Positions 27,301 through 31,530 of a stretch of 31,530 bases of DNA are shown piece after piece. How positions within the stretch are numbered: position 1 is the stretch's first letter; the number at the start of each line of letters is the position of its first letter. Below the pieces are notes generated by a model. The model saw only the letters and a program-made list of their open reading frames with translations, did no database searches and was not told where the DNA came from. Origin of the DNA: Anaerolineae bacterium (GTDB lineage Bacteria > Chloroflexota > Anaerolineae > Anaerolineales > Villigracilaceae); the NCBI GenBank assembly GCA_041480885.1, contig JBGPAT010000001.1, positions 1 through 31,530 of the forward strand, given 5' to 3'. Made by a program: the position numbers and the translations under genes.

Positions 27301-28463
27301 TAGTGCTGCGCTCCCTTCCGCGCCTGGATCATGCGTCTGATAATGTCGGATACAACGAAGATCAGCATGCCGCCGATGACAGTCGGGATGAAGATCTTGT
27401 AGAACAGGCCAACGTAGTACACCAGCGGAGACCTCGTGGGGCTAGCGATGTAGTGGCTCATCCATGCGTCGGTGAAGCTCGTGGTGGTCACGTCGGGATG
27501 GCAGCGTTGGCATTTCGTCAGCAGATTCTGCTTGATGGCGATGCCAGTGGCAGGATTATCCACCTTGGAAATGTTGTGGACACCATGACAATCGGTACAC
27601 ACCGGCTTGTTAGTCGGCGTGTCCGGCGAGACCTGCTCAAAAAGCGTGACCGTGGTGCCGTGGAAGTCGGCCACGTAGGTGTTGAGGACCTGCGTTGTGA
27701 TGCCATACTTGCCCATGATCTGCGGATTGGTATGGCACTTTGCGCACAACAGAGGTGTGTCATTACGGAAGCGAGCCGTGGTCGGGTTCTGGATATTATG
27801 AACGCCGTGGCAGTCAATGCAGGTCGGCACATCCAGGTTGCCCTCGGTGGTGAGCGCCGCGCCATGGACGCTGTTCTTGTAGGTATTGTAGATCGTGCTG
27901 TGACAGCGCGCACACGTGAGTGGAATTTGCAGGCGCGCCTGGGGCAGGAGCTCCCCAGTCTGTTTATCGGTCATGCGGATCTGTTGGTGCGGGTTATGAC
28001 AATCGGTGCAGACCGCGGCGTTGTTGTTCCCGCCTGCCAGCGCCGTCTGGTGAACGCTGTCCAACACCTTGCTGTACTGTTCCGCATGGCAGTTCTTGCA
28101 GCTGGTGTAGAGCTGAAGCGTCACCTGTCGAAGGGAATCAGCTTTGAAATCGGTGTGCGGAAACGTAGTGATGTTCGTATGGCAGTCGGCACACGCGATG
28201 TTCTCCTGATCGTGCACGCTGTGGCCGAATAGACCAGGATCAATATACAGTGAGAGTATTTCGCCGCTGGGAAGGGTTTTCGTCAGGCCCTGCTGACTAT
28301 GACAACCCAGGCAAAAGTCATTGGAAGGTTTGTCCTGAACGCGTGTTGCGAACCCCCCCACGGCGCTTGCGGGCGTCGCGATGACGATCGCGGCAAGCAG
28401 AAGCAAGCCCAACGCCGAGACAAGCAAGACTGCTCTTAGTCGGTTGTTCGGCCGTGCGGTCAT
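27300..28463 (-). CDS. Nonaheme cytochrome c with signal peptide and C-terminal TM helix
   Basis: 9 CXXCH motifs. The stop overlaps the start of the cytochrome b gene (TAATG). AGGAG RBS. Confidence 0.92.
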   Translation of the reverse strand: MTARPNNRLRAVLLVSALGLLLLAAIVIATPASAVGGFATRVQDKPSNDFCLGCHSQQGLTKTLPSGEILSLYIDPGLFGHSVHDQENIACADCHTNITTFPHTDFKADSLRQVTLQLYTSCKNCHAEQYSKVLDSVHQTALAGGNNNAAVCTDCHNPHQQIRMTDKQTGELLPQARLQIPLTCARCHSTIYNTYKNSVHGAALTTEGNLDVPTCIDCHGVHNIQNPTTARFRNDTPLLCAKCHTNPQIMGKYGITTQVLNTYVADFHGTTVTLFEQVSPDTPTNKPVCTDCHGVHNISKVDNPATGIAIKQNLLTKCQRCHPDVTTTSFTDAWMSHYIASPTRSPLVYYVGLFYKIFIPTVIGGMLIFVVSDIIRRMIQARKGAQH

Positions 28464-28609
28464 TGCCTTCTCCTGCGGATGACGGGCATGTCTTGAATAG
28501 GACGCAAAATGCGGGCAGTGGTTGATGGCACGTTGCCTACAAGTCTAATCTGCATGTTAGGGCACAAATAGTGCGGAATATCACGAAATTGATATGATTA
28601 GTCTTCAGA

Positions 28610-28656
28610 GAATGAATGAGATGGCGGGCGCGTTGCGCCCGCCATCTCATACATTC
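28610..28656. terminator. Long GC-rich hairpin downstream of decaheme gene (terminator or mRNA-stabilising stem)
   Basis: ATGAGATGGCGGGCGC-GTT-GCGCCCGCCATCTCAT, extendable by GAATG/CATTC across one mismatch. No clean U-tract. Confidence 0.65.
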
Positions 28657-28672
28657 CCCGATCTAGGTTCGT

Positions 28673-30901
28673 CTATGGCCTCTTGAGCTTCGAAACATCC
28701 CCGCCGAGATCCTTGATCGAGTCATACAGGAACTGCATGACATATTGCGGATTGTGGGCAAAGGCGCCTGGGTCCTTGATGGAGTACTGGTAGTTATAGG
28801 CCGCCTCCAGCAGGCGAGGCGTCCAGGCGTTGTAGCCGATGTTGCCCGTGTCATTCGTATCTGGCTTGCCATCCTTGTTAGCATCCACAAAGAAGTACGG
28901 ATAGGTCGCGGCGTCGTACACAATTGCCGTGCCTGCCTTCTTCTCTGCATAGGCTTGGACAGCTGCATACAGCGCCGTGCGATAGCTGTCGATCTCTGCA
29001 TAGATGCCTTCGGTGACGTCGCCGTTGCCGTTCCAGTCCGTGGTATCGGTGGTCGCACGGATCTTATCCAGGTCAGCGGTGCCGGTGACATTGGTGTGGC
29101 AAGCCTTGCAGGCATCAACTTTCACCGTAAGCTGATGGACATCATGGCAGTCCGTGCACTTGTTAAGCGGATGCACCGTGTTCTGGCCGAGATACTTCTG
29201 ATTGGCGTATTGATAGGCACCCTTTGCCGCATCCCCAAACAGTGTCGCACCGGCGGCAAAGTAGTGGACGTTCTTGAAGCTGATCTTCGGATCAGCCGTG
29301 TCGAGGGGCTTGCCAGCCAGATAGTTATTCACGGTGACTGTGGACTCGCGGCCCTGGTGGCACTCGATGCACAGGTTCGCATCCACGGGCTTGAGCGTGC
29401 CGTCCGCGTTCTTCTCGGTGCTGAAAGTCAGCGAAACGCCTGAGGGGAACGGGACGCTCGTGACCGCATAGCGATTCGGCCAGTTGGCTTCGTCATGGCA
29501 GGTCGAGCACATGAAACCATTGGCAGCGGGCTGCCCAACCACCCCGGTGATCTGAACCCCGGACTTGGTCACGACCTCGGTGCCGCTATTCGCAATATAC
29601 TGCGGCAGACCGGTGGCGCTGTGGCACTTGGCGCATGCTGCATCAACGGTGCCAGTGGAATCCCAGTGGCGGAACGGTTCAGTGTCGCCCGCGAAGTGAC
29701 CCGCATCGTCCCGAGCCAGCTTGCTCATATCGACCGGCTTGGAAATCTTGCCGTTGAGGTCATCAATAGAGTCGTGGAGCAACTCAATGATGTACTTCGC
29801 GTTGTGAGCGAATGCGCCCGGATCCTTGGCAGACACCTGATAGTTGTAGGCAGCCTTCAGCAGACGCGCGGTCCACTTGCCGTAGGGGACAGGATTACCC
29901 TTGGCATCCTTGGCCACGGTCCCGTCGCTGGCTGCAGAAAGGAAGTAGGGATAGGTCGCCCCATCATAGACGACGGGTGCGCCCCCAACTTCAGTGGCAT
30001 ACGCCTGAATGGACGAATACAGGATATCCTGCAGGCCCTTCAGCTCGTAGTAGATGCCTTCCTTGGTGTCGCCATTGCCGTTGTAATCCGCAAGCGAACC
30101 GTTTTCGCGGTTGTTTTTCAGATCATCAACGGTTTTGACGCCCTGGTGGCACTGCGCGCACTGGTCCACGCGCACCTTGGTGGCGTGCTGGTCATGGCAG
30201 GCGATGCAGGTATCGAACTCCGGTACATGCCGGAACTTGGGATCGTAGGACTTGCCATCGTACTCATACCCCATTTGAGCCTGCGATCCGTACAGAGTCG
30301 CACCGGCCGCAAAGTAGTGGACATTGCGGAAGCCGAAGTTCACGGGCTTGCCGCTGGAATCCGTCATCGGCGCCACCACGGCATCGACGTCAGTGACCTT
30401 GAAGTCGCTGATCTGCTTGTCAACACTGACCTTGGACTCACGCCCCTGATGACAGCTCATGCAGCGCGCCTCACCTTCCTCGGAAGTCTGCACGACTTTT
30501 CCCGAGGGGAAGGTGACCGAGTTCAAAGCGATTGCGGCCGGGTTGTGGCAGGTGTCGCAGTTGAAGGTGCCGGCGGGAGCTTTCACGTCCGTGCTGGTCT
30601 TCCCGGTCGAGGCAAATTCCTGAAAGCCAGCCGAGGTATGGCATTTGGCGCAAGTCGCCGGAACTACGGCAGGCGTATCGCCATTCCAATGCGTGAAAGG
30701 CACAGCATTGGCATCCGCATGGCCGGAAGCCAGGAAGGCGTCCTTGAACGGGACGACGAGCGTCAGCGCGGGGGCCGCGGTGGTGGGGGCCGTCGTGGTG
30801 CCGCTGGTCGCCGGCGTAGCAGCGGTTCCCCCGCAGGCTGCCAGCGCGACAGCAGCTACGAGCATCACTCCTAGAAGAACGAGTACTTTCCTAAGGGACA
30901 T
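28673..30901 (-). CDS. Decaheme cytochrome c lipoprotein built from two tandem pentaheme modules
   Basis: Lipobox LAA-C after a hydrophobic signal (AAGGAG RBS precedes ATG 30901), 10 CXXCH motifs, duplicated NVHYFAAGATL and AAYNY..DPGAFAHN motifs. Confidence 0.92.
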   Translation of the reverse strand: MSLRKVLVLLGVMLVAAVALAACGGTAATPATSGTTTAPTTAAPALTLVVPFKDAFLASGHADANAVPFTHWNGDTPAVVPATCAKCHTSAGFQEFASTGKTSTDVKAPAGTFNCDTCHNPAAIALNSVTFPSGKVVQTSEEGEARCMSCHQGRESKVSVDKQISDFKVTDVDAVVAPMTDSSGKPVNFGFRNVHYFAAGATLYGSQAQMGYEYDGKSYDPKFRHVPEFDTCIACHDQHATKVRVDQCAQCHQGVKTVDDLKNNRENGSLADYNGNGDTKEGIYYELKGLQDILYSSIQAYATEVGGAPVVYDGATYPYFLSAASDGTVAKDAKGNPVPYGKWTARLLKAAYNYQVSAKDPGAFAHNAKYIIELLHDSIDDLNGKISKPVDMSKLARDDAGHFAGDTEPFRHWDSTGTVDAACAKCHSATGLPQYIANSGTEVVTKSGVQITGVVGQPAANGFMCSTCHDEANWPNRYAVTSVPFPSGVSLTFSTEKNADGTLKPVDANLCIECHQGRESTVTVNNYLAGKPLDTADPKISFKNVHYFAAGATLFGDAAKGAYQYANQKYLGQNTVHPLNKCTDCHDVHQLTVKVDACKACHTNVTGTADLDKIRATTDTTDWNGNGDVTEGIYAEIDSYRTALYAAVQAYAEKKAGTAIVYDAATYPYFFVDANKDGKPDTNDTGNIGYNAWTPRLLEAAYNYQYSIKDPGAFAHNPQYVMQFLYDSIKDLGGDVSKLKRP

Positions 30902-31018
30902 AGTTGCATTCTCCTTTCGGGCCGTTCGATGAAGATGGTTGTGCTGCATAAAGGCGACGATAGACGAACCTCTAAGGTCGACGCACAATACGCGCCTTTT
31001 TTGGGCCATATCTAGCCC

Positions 31019-31047
31019 ATTCTACATAAATGTATGATTAATCACAA
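31019..31047 (-). promoter_or_regulatory. Candidate sigma70 promoter for the decaheme operon
   Basis: On the - strand, TTGTGA-N17-TAGAAT (plus-strand coordinates 31042-31047 and 31019-31024). Confidence 0.5.
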
Positions 31048-31069
31048 GTTAGGTTGGGGTGAAAAACAC

Positions 31070-31165
31070 GTGACAAATGTCACATGTCTCAACCCGTTGG
31101 GGCATTTTCGGGCAGAAATTGGCGAGATTCGGCTATTTCTTTGAGGTGCAAGATGACTAAAGTCA
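31070..31165. promoter_or_regulatory. Two TGAC-N4-GTCA palindromes, candidate operators in divergent promoter region
   Basis: GTGACAAATGTCAC (31070-31083) and TGACTAAAGTCA (31154-31165). Confidence 0.45.
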
Positions 31166-31239
31166 CCCCATGCCGGTGACTAGGCTCATGGCAGGAATGC
31201 TGAACGATTGGGATAAAATACACAAGAAGGGGCCTGCAG

Positions 31240-31530
31240 GTGAGCGAATCTCTGTTTCTCGTGTACTTCCTTTACGGCCTGTCGTTCTTTGCCATGGGAT
31301 TGGCTGTTCTGCTGGAGACAGCCCGCTCTCCTTCCATCGCGGCTGTCCCGAGCCTGCGATTCCTCGCCGCCTTTGGCCTGATCCACGGTACCCACGAGTG
31401 GCTTGAGTCCTATGTGATGCAGGCGCAGTCCTTGGGAACCCAAATACCATTTTGGCTGCCGGGCTTGCGGCTGGTGTTCCTGTTCGTCTCCTTTGTGAGT
31501 CTATTCCTATATGGGTACTCTGCCGTGCGG
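31240..31530 (+). CDS. N-terminal membrane sensor domain paralogous to the 14886 kinase (3'-truncated, not in ORF track)
   Basis: GTG start, MSESLFLVYFLYGLSFFAMGLAVLLETARS..LRFLAAFGLIHGTHEWLE; aligns with YFFYGLAFFSMGLLVAMEGGRS..LRPLAGFGLVHATHEWIE. Confidence 0.85.
   Translation, partial: MSESLFLVYFLYGLSFFAMGLAVLLETARSPSIAAVPSLRFLAAFGLIHGTHEWLESYVMQAQSLGTQIPFWLPGLRLVFLFVSFVSLFLYGYSAVR

Noticed and set aside
27294-30874. Long + strand ORFs 27294-28232, 28745-29443 and 29495-30874
   Set aside because: Antisense shadows of the heme-rich genes.
28673-30901. Decaheme protein as NrfA nitrite reductase or MtrA/MtrC
   Set aside because: No CXXCK motif, no MtrB porin neighbour, and the heme spacing and 2x5 duplication differ.
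31170-31406. 78-aa ORF from the ORF track
   Set aside because: Wrong frame. The overlapping frame from GTG 31240 aligns clearly with the 14886 sensor domain.
1-31530. CRISPR arrays, tRNA/rRNA, transposases, Sec/Pyl read-through
   Set aside because: No regularly spaced repeats, RNA gene signatures, transposase motifs or in-frame stops interrupting conserved domains were seen.

Overview
GC-rich (~60%) bacterial chromosomal window, probably Chloroflexota/Anaerolineae. That assignment is an inference from gene style, the Pro/Thr-rich linkers and the absence of any porin. The left half (1-17 kb) is mostly housekeeping: a partial Ser/Thr kinase with PD40 repeats, a CIRCE-controlled hrcA-grpE-dnaK-dnaJ operon, surface-sugar genes (GT2, methyltransferase, ugd, GT4), a YtxH-like protein, panB-panE, a zinc-ribbon membrane protein and a NarL-type two-component pair. 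The right half (17.5-31.5 kb) is a compact respiratory island of two convergent gene runs encoding 42 canonical CXXCH motifs plus 2 non-canonical ones. The + strand run has two small membrane proteins, an octaheme cytochrome, a Tat 4x[4Fe-4S] protein and an NrfD-family protein. The - strand run has an internally duplicated decaheme lipoprotein, a nonaheme cytochrome plus FdnI-type cytochrome b (CbcL-like, split), a Rieske protein, cytochrome b6, a subunit IV fused to 7 c-hemes, and a NapC/NirT (ImcH-like) cytochrome. Two paralogous membrane sensors with a conserved H-x-T-H-E-W motif bracket the island. The best candidate for an undescribed system is a multi-entry menaquinol-to-cell-surface electron-transfer chain in a probably monoderm organism. 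No rRNA, tRNA, CRISPR array or mobile element was seen.
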